Shown one piece after another: positions 49,228 to 62,587 of a stretch of DNA of 64,000 bases. The DNA comes from Dipteris shenzhenensis (taxonomy: Eukaryota): NCBI GenBank assembly GCA_047967505.1, contig CM106538.1; one strand, written 5' to 3'. Within the stretch, counting starts at the first letter, position 1. Each line of letters starts with the position of its first letter. The notes under the pieces were generated by a model. The model had not been told where the DNA came from, made no database searches, and was given only the letters and a program-made list of their open reading frames with translations. Position numbers and translations under genes: made by a program.

Positions 49228-52209
49228 CTACTCCTCAGGATCAGCTCTCATGCCAATAGTTGCAAGTATGCTCTCGTGATCCGCCACTGCAAGGCACCAT
49301 CGTGGAGTGGACGTCGCCTTGCGAGTGCGAACACGACTCAAAGTAATCTTGATCCCAACAACAAGATGAGAATACATGTATGCCTCCTGATCCGCCATGT
49401 AATCCTGGAACTCAATATAGCAACCACGCCTCTGTATCTGTTGAAAATAGTGGCCACCTACAATCATGCTATGAGCATTGAAGTGCATCCCATGCCCATC
49501 CACTGTATCCTCATTCAGCACACTCTTCAGCATAGAGCATCGCAACAAGTAATAATCCACACCCTCCTCATTGCCCTCCGAAGCAATAACCGCGAAGATA
49601 TCACCAATATGCAAAATATCTGTAAGTTGGTCATAATCTCTAGAGGAACTGAATCCCGCATCCTGATCATCATGTACCTCCTCCCAAGGCTGGAAGGGAG
49701 AAAGCACTCGCCGTACCCATGGATCGGCCCATGGTATCATGGAGCACCCTCCCCAATCATCATCAATGCATGCAGAGCAAAAACATGCAAACCGTCGAGA
49801 AAAGATCGTGGGGTGAGACTCACCTACGCTCCTGATGGAATGGAAATCAAGAGTGCTAGGCACAGAATGACAATCAAAAGCCTAGACCGATCAAGACTCC
49901 CAATGTCCACACACCAAAAATACCAGCTCACCACCCTATTGTCACGCGACTGAAACGAGGAGGTAGCACTAGTGGATAAGTGCTGGCTGCACCCCCGCAC
50001 CACATCATGTGCATCCTTGAAGCGATCGGCACTGTGACGCAACTGGTATCGATGCAAAGCACGCTTCACGCAAGCACCTGCACCATTGTACTCTCCCTTA
50101 CCGTGCCCTGTCTCGAAGTAGCTCCATGTAATCGGAATGCTTGTCTCACGGTGCCATCTGCAGAACCAATAAAATTGTCTGGCGGATTTGAATTGACCAC
50201 CGCAACCGTTTGACCAGATCCAGTGCCGCTGCCATGTGACACCATGATCCCTCAAGAAACTATCATGCAAAGTGAAGCAATGCTGCATAAAATGGGCATC
50301 ATGCGATTGATCATCACTAATGTAGAAGTGATACTCTCGCACAATGACGCGTGAGTCCATGGTGCTATCAATGCCATCCACATGAGCTTGTGCATGATGA
50401 TAGCTAATGTGCACAAATATAGCAACCTGCAATATGGCATTGAAAAAAAATATGACTATTGAAATAATTCAATATAATGAGGCAGGGAAAAAATCAATAC
50501 TCAATCACACGTCACCTATTTGGAGAAATAATACTCCGATTGGATCTCATGCTGTGGTGCAAAGGTGTAATTCTCCGCAAAGTCCACCACTGAGACAACC
50601 ACCCCTGTAGGAAATGTCCTCAAACATGCACGAAACTGACGATCCTCCCATTTCGCAGTGTGCGAGTGGCGTATGTAGCGGTACAGCTTCCCTCGAAAAT
50701 TGTCAATGAATACAACACGTGGTGTCTCCTTCCCCACAAGCTGCAACCTCCTCGACTGTGCACCACCATCTAATGTCAAGGTACAGTACTCATACTGCTA
50801 CCAACGAACCATCTGCACATCACAAGTATCTAGTGCAACTCGTGGCACTCTAGCAAAGTCACCACACAAAGTACACGTGCCTTCCACACAATCAAGGGAA
50901 TGGAATAAAGCATCACCATCTCGTGTATACAATATGGAATGAATGAAGTCGTGAGGGCTAGTAGGAACCACTCCCCTATGACCATCAAGGGAACGGAATA
51001 CGTCATACATCAATCCAAAATCCACATGGTAGCCACAACAGCATGTGTCACACTCTTGAGAGCATCGCACAAACCATGGCCTGCATCGCTCAAATGACCT
51101 CTGCCCAATCTTGAACTCCGAGTGCGCCTCTACAAACTGAGTGTACAACTCAGTCTGGGTACACTCCAAAAAAAATGCACCATGCTCAATGTACATACCA
51201 CGTGACACCCTCTTCTGCAATGCCTTCTTGAACACCGGGGATGCTCTGCAATGCTCCTCCCAAAACTGTTGTATGAAGGACCTAGTGGAATCATCCAACA
51301 ATCGATCGCTGCAAGGTGCACGACCACTCGAAGCCCAAAGAGCATCAGTCTCACTATCCTCTAGACTCTGCCTCCTAATGATGCTTGCTCGCAATGTGCG
51401 TGGTGCAATCTGAAGAAGACGTGAAGCGGTATGCACATGGCCTATCATATGAGGTCTACTAATCGCAGCCACAATAGCACGACATGCTGCCAAGGCATCA
51501 CTGGAGTTCCTATGCTTAATAGAAGAATAGGAACGTCGAACATTGCTAAGGACCTCGCTAGATACAACCCTATCTCTACGTGCACCAAGACCAGCAAGCC
51601 TCCTACTCTCTACCAAGTCAGGGTGATCAATCAGGGACGTGAGAAGAGAAGACTGTGAAGCTGGCGTGAGGTCACAAAAAAAAGACTGCACAATCTTGCT
51701 AGTACGACGACGGATAGTGGACTTTGGCAAGTCACGTCGTGAAGCAACACTGCTGCTGCAAGTTGGGGCAAGGGGATCAATGGGAGATGGTAGGGTGGAC
51801 GGGGGAAGGGAGGCGCCAAGCGGAGCGGGGGGAGGGGGAGGGGGAGGGGGAGGGGGGAGGGTGGAGGGGGAAGAGGTAGAGGTGGAGGTCAAAATGTAGG
51901 TGGCTAGGGGAAGGGCGGAGGCTAGAGGTAGGGGAGCAGATGAGGATGGGGGGACAATGGAGGTGGGGGTGGGGGTGGAGGTGGGGGTGGAGGTGGGATG
52001 TAGAGGTAGAGCTGGAGGTGGATCAGTGGGGCAGCGCGAGCTCGAGCTCTAAAGGCTCTCTTGCGCTCACGAGCCTTTCGCTTGCGCTCCTCGTCAATGA
52101 GATTTGGGGGGGGGTTCCTACATCTTTCACGTCTACTAGCTCTACGGCTTTGAGAACCCATTCTCAATGAAAGTATGATGGAAGGTGTGACAAAGTGATG
52201 AGGAGGCAA
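49228..52209 (-). pseudogene. DDE transposase of the DFAENY...S(D/N)GC...GHGKGE type (Sola2-like), Pro-rich N-terminus, with stops and frameshifts
   Basis: ORFs 51922-52209, 50798-51892, 50516-50779, 49824-50432 and 49228-49863. Motifs TCCC.YH, VVSVVDFAENYTF, HFYISDD..HD, WSNGCGGQFKS, WSYFETGHGKGEYNGAGACVK, CFCSAC. Probable intron ~50427-50515. Confidence 0.85.
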
Positions 52210-55200
52210 GAATGGCTAAGAATTGGTGAAATGAACCAAAACGTGGTGTCTTATAGAGAGCCTCAACTCATCCACTAGATTGCTCTTAGATTGCTCTTCA
52301 TTATTATTGGTGGAGAGGTGCTAAGATTGAAACTAATTGGCTAAGTTTTGGTGCTAATATTGATACTAATTGGCTAAGTTTTGTACCTTCAAATACCTCG
52401 ATCGAGGTCTGCTATGCCCAGAGCCCCGATCATATACCTCGATCAGACCATATACCTCGATCGAGGTATTCAGTGCATTACGCATGTATAAACCTCGATC
52501 GAGGTATCCCTAGGTGTCCTCGGTCATATACCTCGATGGAGGTATTGTATGCGTCACCCAGGTCATATACCTCGATCGAGGTATTGTATGCCTCGCACAT
52601 CGTCATGTGTATACATCTGGCTGATGTGGCACCATGCATGGTCATGATGTGGTAATATAGTCTCTTCCATGACATTGAAAGGTGATGTGGCATGATGAGT
52701 TGGCATTCATGAGGTGGTAGATTAACATGGCAAATTGAGGTGCAGGGATTGGTGATGTGGCAAGGTTGAGGAGGTATGCCAAGGTGGCATTGTGTGATCA
52801 CATGGCTCATGATGTGGAATGATGAGGTGGCACATGTGGCAGCACGTGTGGCAATGTAAGGTGACATGGCAAGGAGTGATGTCACATCTCCTTCATGAGA
52901 TGGCACCACGTGGTCTAACAACGTGGCATGGTTTTGATGACTCAGCCTTCCACATGGGCAGCATGCAGACTCCAAAGGCTTGCCACTAGGGTCGGTGATG
53001 CTCCTAGCCTACCTCACCAAGCCTAATACCAAGCCTACCTTGTCTTGGTATTAGGCTTGGGTGGCCCTTTTTCCCCCACAAAAGGGAGATTTAATTGTTG
53101 GAGGCCATATCGTACATTTCCCTTACTCAAATTTAACCAAAATTTTTTCCTCTTACTCATCATGCAGAGGACTAAAAATATTGACATTTTTGAAATGTTT
53201 GGTTATGTTTGAGAATTACTAGATTTATTTTTAATATTCTTTGTTGATCCTCTAAAGAGTAAAAGTAAAAATTAAACTTCAAGCTTCCTAAATCTAACCG
53301 TTGGATTTGGGATTTGATGATTCAACCACACACCCTTATGTGCTTACTAACCTTCCACCGAATTGGATTTGCTTAATTATTCAAAATACTAAAAAAATGT
53401 GATGTGCTACTAAAATGCATGTATTTTATGACTTTATTTATTATAAATAATTATTTATAATTAGATAAATCATTCAAAAAATTAGCAATAAATCAAGTTA
53501 AGCTCTACATAATGCAAAGAGACCACTTACAAAGTTTCAATAACATTTAATCTAAAATGAGTGAGAAATTTAGAATTTAATATGACACTCTCTGTTCGTG
53601 ACAAACGTGTGACCACCCTGGAACCATGCCGTGTGACACAAAGAAATTTTTAGTGTGTGCATCGAATTTTCGATCAGACTATACAATTGTGTGCATAATA
53701 GCAAGTGTGATGTTGTGTCAGAAGACTTCAGAGACTAGATCCATAGGGAAGTAGGAGAGATTTGCATTTTTGTGTGCTAAAAAGCTTGTTTTTCCACCTC
53801 CTAAGGATTGGGGAGTGAACAAAAAGTGGACACCCTTAGCTTGCTACTTCCCTGTAATTCTCTACAAAGTCCACCACTAAGACAACCACCCCTATAGGAA
53901 ATGTCCTCAAACATGCACTTAACTGATGATCCTCCCATTTCGCAGTGTGCGAGTGGCGTATGTAGCAGTACAGCTTCCCTCGAAAACTGTCAATGAATAC
54001 AACACGTGGTGTCTACTTCCCCACAAGCTGCAACCTCCTCGATTGTGCACCACCATCTAATGTCAAGGTACAGTACTCATACTGCTACTAACGAACCATC
54101 TGCACATCAGAAGTATCTAGTGCAACTCGTGGCACTCTAGCAAAGTCACCACACAAAGTACACGTGTCTTCCACACAATCAAGGGAGTGGAATAAAGCAT
54201 CACCATCTTGTGTACACAATATGGAATGAATGAAGTCGCGAGGGCTAGTAGGAACCACTCCCCTATGACCATCAAGGGAACGGAATACGTCATAGATCAA
54301 TCCAAAATCCACATGGTAGCAACAACAGCATGTGTCACGCTCCTGAGAGCATCGCACAAACCATGGCCTACATCGCTCAAATGACCTCTGCCCAATCTTG
54401 AACTCCGAGTGCGCCTCTACAAACTGAGTGTACAACTCAGTCTGGGTACACTCCAAAAAACATGCACCATGCTCAATGTACACACCGCGTGACACCCTCT
54501 TCTGCAATGCCTTCTTGAACACCGGGGATGCTCTGCAATGCTCCTCCCAAAACTGTTGTATGAAGGACCTAGTGGAATCATCCAACAATCGATCGCTGCA
54601 AGGTGCACGACCACTCGAAGCCCAAAGAGCATCAGTCTCACTATCCTCTAGACTCTGCCTCCTAATGATGCCTGCTCGCACTGTGCGCGGTGCAATCTGA
54701 AGAAGACGTGAAGCGGTATGCACATGGCCTATCATATGAGGTCTACTAATGGCAACCACAATAGCATGACGTGCTGCCAAGGAATCACTAGAGTTCCTAT
54801 GCTTAATAGAAGCATAGGAATGTTGAACACTGCTAAGGACCTCGCTAGATACAACCCTATCTCTACGTGCACCAAGACCAGCAAGCCTCCTACACTCTAC
54901 CAAGTCAGGGTGATCAATCAGGGACGTGAGAAGAGAAGACTGCGAAGCTGGTGTGAGGTCACAAAAAAAAGACTGCACAATCTTGCTAGTACGACGACGG
55001 ATAGTGGACTTCGGCAAGTCACGTCGTGAAGCAACACTGCTGCTGCAAGGTGGGGCAAGGGGATCAATGGGAGATGGTAGGGTGGACGGGGGAAGGGAGG
55101 CGCCAAGCGGAGCGGGGGGAGGGGGAGGGGGAGGGGGAGGGGGGAGGGTGGAGGGGGAAGAGGTAGAGGTGGAGGCCAAAATGTAGGTGGCTAGGGGAAG

Positions 55201-57077
55201 GGCGGAGGCTAGAGGTAGGGGAGCGGATGAGGATGGGGGGACAATGGAGGTGGGGGTGGGGGTGGAGGTGGGATGTAGAGGTAGAGCTAGAGGTGGATCA
55301 GTGGTGGCAGTGCGAGCTCGAGCTCTAGAGGCTCTCTTGCGCTCACGAGCCTTCCGCTTGCGCTCCTCATCAATGAGATTTGGGGGGGGGTTCCTACATC
55401 TTTCACGTCTACTAGCTCTACGGCTTTGAGAACCCATTCTCAATGAAAGTATGATGGAAGGTGTGACAAAGTGATGAGGAGGCAAGAATGGCTAAGAATG
55501 GGTGAAATGAACCAAAACGTGGTGTCTTGTAGAGAGCCTCAACTCATCCACTAGATTGCTCTTCATTATTATTGGTGGAGAGGTGCTAAGATTGAAACTA
55601 ATTCGCTAAGTTTTGGTGCTAAGATTGAAACGAATTGGCTAAGTTTTGTACCTTCACTTCAAATACCTCGATCGAGGTCTGCTATGCCCAGAGCCCAGAT
55701 CATATACCTCGATCAGACCATATACCTCGATCGAGGTATTCAATGCATTACGCATGTATAAACCTCAATCGAGGTATCCCTAGGTATGCTCAGTCATATA
55801 CCTCGATCGAGGTATTGTATGCCTCGAACATCGTCATGTGTATACATCTGGATGATGTGGCACCATGCATGGTCATGATGTGGTAATATAGTCTCTTCCA
55901 TGACATTGAAAGGTGATGTGGCATGATGAGTTGGCATTCATGAGGTGGTAGATTGACATGGCAAATTGAGGTGGAGGGATTGGTGACATGGCAAGGTTGA
56001 GGAGGTATGCCAAGGTGGCATGGTGTGATCACATGGCTCATGATGTGGAATGATGAGGTGGCACATGTGGCAGCACGTGTGGCAATGTAAGGTGACATGG
56101 TAAGGAGTGATGTCACATCTCCTTGATGAGATGGCACCACGTGGTCTAACAACGTGGCATGGTTTTGATGACTCAGCCTTCCACATGGGCAGCATGCAGA
56201 CTCCAAAGGCTTGCCACTAGGGTCGGTGATGCTCCTAGCCTACCTCACCAAGCCTAATACCAAGCCTACCTTGTCTTGGTATTAGGCTTGGGTGGCCCTT
56301 TTTCCCCCACAAAAGGGAGATTTCACTGTTGGAGGCCATATCGTACGTTTCCCTTACTCAAATTTAACCAAAATTTTTTCCTCTTATTCATCATGCAGAG
56401 GACTAAATATTGACATTTTTGAAATGTTTGGTCATGTTTGAGAATTACTAGATTTATTTTTAATATTCTTTATTGATCCTCTAAGGAGTAAAAGTAAAAT
56501 AAACTTCAATCTTCCTAAATCTAACCGTTGGATTTGGGATTTGATGATTCAATCACACACCCTTATGTGCCTACTAACCTTCCACTGAATTGGATTTGCT
56601 TAATTATTCAAAATACTAAAAAAATGTGGTGTGCTACTAAAATGTATGTATTTTATGACTTTATTTATTATAAATAATTATTTATAATTAGGTAAATCAT
56701 TCAAAAAATTAGCAATGAATCAAGTTAAGCTCTACATAATGCAAAGAGACCACTTACAAAGTTTTAATAACATTTAATCTAAAATGAGTGAGAAATTTAG
56801 AATTTAATATGACACTCTCTGCTCGTGACAAACGTGTGACCACCCTGGAACCATGCCGTGTGATACAAAGAAATTTTTTGTGTGTGCATCGAATTTTCGA
56901 TCAGACTATACGATTGTGTGCACAATAGCAAGTGTGATATTGTGTCAGAAGACTTCAAAGACTAGATCCATAGGGAAGTAGGTGAGATTTGCATTTTTCT
57001 GTGCTAAAAAGCTTGTTTTTCCACCTCCTAAGGATTGCGGAGTGAACAAAAAGTGGACACCCTTAGCTTGCTACTTC
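50567..57077 (+). repeat. 3.29-kb tandem segmental duplication (50567-53853 / 53854-57077)
   Basis: Both units start gtaattctc..caaagtccaccact and end cacccttagcttgctacttc. The translated ORFs are near-identical. Confidence 0.95.
53854..55485 (-). pseudogene. Duplicated, 3'-truncated copy of the Sola2-like transposase
   Basis: ORF 54088-55485 (465 aa) matches ORFs 50798-52209. The copy ends at the duplication junction just after the DF.ENY motif. Confidence 0.85.
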
Positions 57078-57859
57078 TCGGTAGTCAGATCAACGTAGTC
57101 AGTAGAACCAACCAGTCAACCTAGTCAGTGAAGGTGACCAGTCAACCTAGTCGGTGGAATCGACTAGTCGTCCATGGAATATTCAAGGAATATTCCCTAT
57201 ACTATCGCCATCAACAATAAGGTGCTCGCACATAATCCATCACCAGCTAGCCCCCAGGCCCTAGCAAGAATAAGGGGTTCCCACACAATCACCTTTCTAC
57301 CATCAACAGTCTCATTGATAGACCTCATCTGACATGCAAGTCAAGATCCATCCAGTGACTCGGGCTCATACATGGCTTCTCCTCATATGGGGTCCTTACA
57401 ACTTGAGCACCTTGGACCATTGGTGGTTACCAGGAGGGTGGGGCATTGAGCATATCTAATAGGACAATACAAAGACTCGCCATATTTCTAAAGGCATTTA
57501 GGAGTGTAGCAGGAGGACGGGCATAATTGTGGATGGAGAGTAGCCTATAACTGCATGTTGATCTTCAATGAGAAATTCTCACAAGTCACTGAAGCCACAT
57601 GTCTCTTCAAAAGAACCTTTAGAGATCAAATATTCAAAGGAGGATCTATAATTGTTTAGGGCTGAAACCATTCGAGACTTAATTACTACCATTGGAAAAC
57701 AACATTGGAAGAAGAGTCTGAGTCTACTCCAAAAGCACTACATCCTACACAAGAAGCAGAGACTCAACGTGCACCCAGAGCATCATAGCCTCCACTTGAA
57801 GCATCACAAGAGTTCTAATGCATGTATGATGTTATTTTTGTATCTGTAAATTTACTTGT

Positions 57860-59000
57860 AAATTTTATGAAATATGAAATTGCATGTCATCTTACGTAAT
57901 TTTTAAATGTAATTAAAGAAATTAATGAAAGCATTGTTTATATTAAATGAGAACTTGCATGTCATCTTATCTAGTTTTTTAAATGTAATGAAAGCATGGT
58001 TTATATTAAATGTAAATTTTCATGTCATCTTATCTAATTCTAAAATGTAATTAATGAAATTAATGGAAGTATTTTTCATATTCTCGTGATGTTCAGGCGT
58101 TGTTCAATGCCATTAATGTCTTATCTCATCTCATATTGTTTTAAATGTAAGTTAAAATATCATCTCATGTACTTATTGAATGTAAGTTTAAGTGTAATAT
58201 TGTCCTACTTTTTAAATTGTGAATATCCTATGTCAAGCACTTTATAGCAAATCTTTCACTTCACTTTAATAATTATATATAAAGTGTCTCATATCCCAAA
58301 GCACAATAATTATATATAAAGTGTCTCATATCCCAAAGCACAATAATTATACAAGTCAAATTCCAAACCAATGTCATCCATATTGTTGGTCTCTTAAGTA
58401 CTTTATAGCAAATCTTTCACCTAACTTGAATAATTATATGTAAAATGTCTCATATCCCAAAGCACAATAATTATACAAGAAAATTTCCAAACCACTGTCA
58501 TCCATATTGTCTCTTTCTTTACTGCTATCTTCATCTCCTTTCCAATGCCCTTTACTATTTCTCTTATCTATGTTTTATCTTCTATAGTGTTATCTTCATC
58601 TCCTTTCTCCTATTTCTACTCACAATTTGCATGTCATCTTATCTAATTTTTAAATGTAATTAAGGACATTAATGAAAGCATTGTTCATATAATTGAAATG
58701 AAAATTTGCATGTCATCTTATTTAGTTTTTAAATATACTTAATGAAATTAATGAAAGCATTGTTCATATTCTCATGATGTTCATGTGTTGTTCAATGTCA
58801 TTAATGTCTTATCTCATCTCATATTATTTTAAATGTAAGAATGTCATCTCATGTAATTATTTAATGTAAGTTTAAGTGTAATGTTGTGCTACTTTTTTAA
58901 TTGTGAATATCCTATGTCAAGCACTTTATAGCAAATCTTTGACTTCACTTTAATAATTATATATAAAGTGTCTCATATCCCGAAGCATAATAATTATCTT
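57860..59000 (+). repeat. AT-rich degenerate duplicated block (~690-bp offset) with short internal repeats
   Basis: ttctc.tgatgttca...ttgttcaatg.cattaatgtcttatctcatctcatatt at ~58081 and ~58769. Repeated ttgcatgtcatcttat and gtgtctcatatcccaaagcacaataatta. Confidence 0.75.
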
Positions 59001-60201
59001 ACTCTCCTTTGTATAGTGTTATCTTCATCTCCTTTCCGATCTCTTCTCCTATTTCTACTCACATAGTCAGTTCAATTCTCATCTCCTCTCCTATCTCCTC
59101 GCTAGCTTTTCTTGTCTTTAGTTCTTCTCTCACATTTCTACTTGCATACTCAATTCATTTCTCCTCTCCTATTTCTACTTGCATACTTAGTTCTCATCTC
59201 CTCTCCTATCTCCTCGCTATCTTTTTCTCGCCACTCTTTAGTTCTCCTGTCCTATTTCTACTCAATGCATACTTTGCAAATGGAGAAAGTTCCTGCAATT
59301 ATTAGTTTCGTTGAGCACCGGCAACTTATCATGGATTGTGAAACAAAAGACAACGAGAGGAGGGAAAGAGGCAAGGACCATTGAGACAATATGAGAAAGA
59401 TGAGTTTGCCGCTTGAGGTGGAAGAGAATGACAAGATCTTGACAAGATAAGACATTGCAGAGAAGAGCTACAAAAGTTATCTTCAACATGAGAAGAGCTT
59501 GCACATCTATTTGGAGAGATGTCTTATAGAGTCGCTCGTTCTGGACAATATTAAGCAAACCAAGCTGACAGTATTAAGAATAGACAAGAAACATTGAAAG
59601 AAAGATTGTTGATTCTTTGTGTATCTTTATGTATTATAATTATATTGATGAAGATGAAATAAACGACGGAGAGGATGGTGTAATCCATGAGATAGAAATG
59701 GCTAATGTAAACTCAAGATTGTAGCTTATGTCTACTATGCAAAGGTGTTTTTTGACACCATATGGCTCTGAGATTGACTTGTACTTGGATTTACTTATAC
59801 TTAGATCCCTCGGTTATATCAAAAACTACTTTCATAAATCTGATGAACTCTATTTTTCATGTACTATAGTTTTACTAACATGTGATGTCCGCTTTCTTAA
59901 TTTGAATTTTCTTTGGCTTACTTTTTGCTTCAACATTTTATTTCAAGAGACTTTTTTTCCCTTTTTTATCCAAAAGTATCTCAAAAAATGAATTTGGATA
60001 GTGCACTAACTTAAACGAATTTGGACCCATCACGAGTCTGAAATAGGTGTTTCATGGTAAGAATGATGTTAATAAAGTACAAGGATCAGCTTGCTTGGAT
60101 GGGACGAGTGTGTATATGAGATTTACTTTTCATGAACCACGTAAATTGAATTACTGTAGCAAGACTCCGCATGTTGCCTTGTCGACATGCTTGTGGTTCA
60201 A

Positions 60202-62587
60202 TCAAGCAGCTGAGCATTGATAGCATTTGTCAAACACCCCGAAGGAGCTCACTTGCTTTGCAAGGTTGGTGATGCTGGCCCAGCTTCCGAAGCAAAAGCC
60301 CAATACAAAAATCATCGTGATGATCAGCAAGTTGAGAGCCACAATGCCCCTCCATGATGGCATCCACCTCGCTGGTTTTTCAGCAGCATCCTGAAGCGTC
60401 CAACATACCAATTTGGATCGTGAGGAATCATGCGGCGGTAAATTGCTTCATTTTGCAAACAGAACGCATTTGATTCTTTGTGCAGATTGTAAGCAGAGCA
60501 TAAAATACACATGCACGCAAGAAACAAAGTCCAGTGTCGGTTTGCGAGCTGACAGAAGGAATGGAACGAAGATTACCTGACGAGCCGCTGGTTTTTTGAA
60601 CACGATCAGATAAGCCATACAGGGTATTATATACACAGAGAAGCTCATAATGAAGGCACCGATCATGGAGTTGAGGGGGCCGAAGAAGGGGATCAAGAGT
60701 GCCAAGAACCAGAGCAGCATCGCTACAGGCAGTCTGGCGATCACTCGCACAACGTAATGGGCCTGATGGACTCCAAGCAGCTTCTCCCACATGAAGTTGA
60801 GGGGCATTATGTAGAGCCCAAAGGCGATGGCCTGAGGCAAGAAGCTTGGTTAGTCTTGCCGTGATGTTAGTGTTTCTTGAGAGAACACAGAAAAATACTT
60901 GCGAGACAAATCGGTTCAAATGGGATGGATCAAGCAATACTTGATGCACGATCATGAAGACAAGTCCTATGTTTCGGAAGATGGACTTTGGGAAGACGGC
61001 AAATGCATTTGATCTGGTGAGGAGCTCGTCTCCGAAGGCCCAGTAGACGGCGAGGGAGTGCGGCAGCGTGATGGTGAGCACGAACACGACGGTGGCCAGG
61101 TAGACGAACTTGTAATTGCGAGGCTTCCACATGGCGTGCATGATCTCTCTGCAAAGAATTCCGGCACAAAAAAATTTAACTTTTGTCTGCGTTTTGTATC
61201 AGCAATCATGGACGGAGAGACGATGAGTGGAGTAGCTTTAGTTACATGGTGATCGCATGGCCGCCAAAAGCGAAGAGGATGTTGGTGGTTCCGGTGAAGA
61301 ATTTCTCGAGGCTTTGAGGGGCGGAATGCTTCACGTTGGGGACCTGCCGAACGAACATCTTGGATTAACTCGCAGAAAGCATGTGATAGCTCACCCGATT
61401 CAACGAAATTTGTCGGGCTGGAAGTACTGTACCTGACCGTGGACGAGGGAGGCGATGAACATGAACCAGGCAGTGTAGGTGGTGGTGACGACACCAATTA
61501 TCGACCAGATCCTGAAGTTGTGGAACGAGGGTAGCAGCACTGTGAGCATGGAGACGGCGCCAAAGATTATCGCCCATTCTCGCTTGTTGATGCTAGAGTT
61601 GAGATAGTATGCGTTGCTACGACACCCCCGATCAGTGACAGAAACCATCAATCCGTCAGTCAATTCGACAGACATCACCTCCCACAGGATTTAAACATCT
61701 GGTCAAATTGATCAATTACACAATGTATCCTTACCTCGCGCAAGCGATGATTTGCACGACCGCAACTGCTCCCATGGTGGTAATGTTGAAGAATAGGCAA
61801 ACCTTTCGAAGCCAAGGTCCGACCAGCTCGCCCATGACCTCGTGGTACTGCGTGATAGACAGCCGATTGATTTAGGCAGAGAAGCAATTCCCGTCACGAG
61901 ACAATCGATTTCGCAAAGGTCCCACGCGGACGTATGATGAACGGAAATTTTAACCTAGGGCGTGAAGACTAGCCCGAACTTGCCTGGATTACATGCATCT
62001 TGAACACCACACCTTGCTTCTCCTTGCGCGTTCTGTATTCCAAGTAGAGGCATGCCAACAAATAGCACGTCCAGATGCCTACGCCTGCATACAGAAGGTG
62101 GAAGAACACGCCTAATCCGAAACCCATCTGCGAGTACGACGTTGGCATCGACAGAATCACTTGTCCCACCTGAATCCAAAACTTGTTCCGTCAATCAATC
62201 TGTCTATGTGCTTATCACAAATCTACCGTCGACATTCTAGCTAGCTAGTTTCCGTCAATCAGAGAAGAAAGTATACACTATTTGATTATTCCGGACTTGA
62301 TCACTTTGCCTTAAGAGTCTGCAAGAAAGAAAAATTTCGACGAGTTTCTCGACCTGGCCGGACACGGCGTTAAACCACGCATCGTAGTTAGAGCCTCCGT
62401 GCCAGATGTATCGATTCCAAAGATCCGTCAACTGATGGGGGCTCTCGTTGGATTCCAGATGACGAGCTTCTGGATCCAGAGAAATGATAGCATCCATCAC
62501 GTCGACTTTCGTACGAGCGAGGCCATTGGAAGGCTGGGCCGGGGTATAATTTGCAGCGGGATGGCCGGCGATTTCGTTAGAGGCCAT
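60202..62587 (-). CDS. LAX: AUX1/LAX-family auxin influx carrier-like protein, 488 aa. Exons 62354-62587, 61984-62169, 61735-61847, 61433-61616, 61246-61343, 60941-61148, 60577-60831, 60202-60390
   Basis: WHGGS.YDAWF, LYLEYRTRKEK, HVIQ, IACASNAYY, KREWAIIFGA, PSFHNFRIWS, FTGTTNILFAFGGHA, EIMHAMWKP, VYWAFGDELL, IPFFGPLNS, FGVFDKCYQC. Exons join in frame (1467 nt) with six GT-AG introns and one GC-AG intron. Confidence 0.95.

Noticed and set aside
49093-49953. 286-aa plus-strand ORF
   Set aside because: It is the antisense shadow of the minus-strand transposase.
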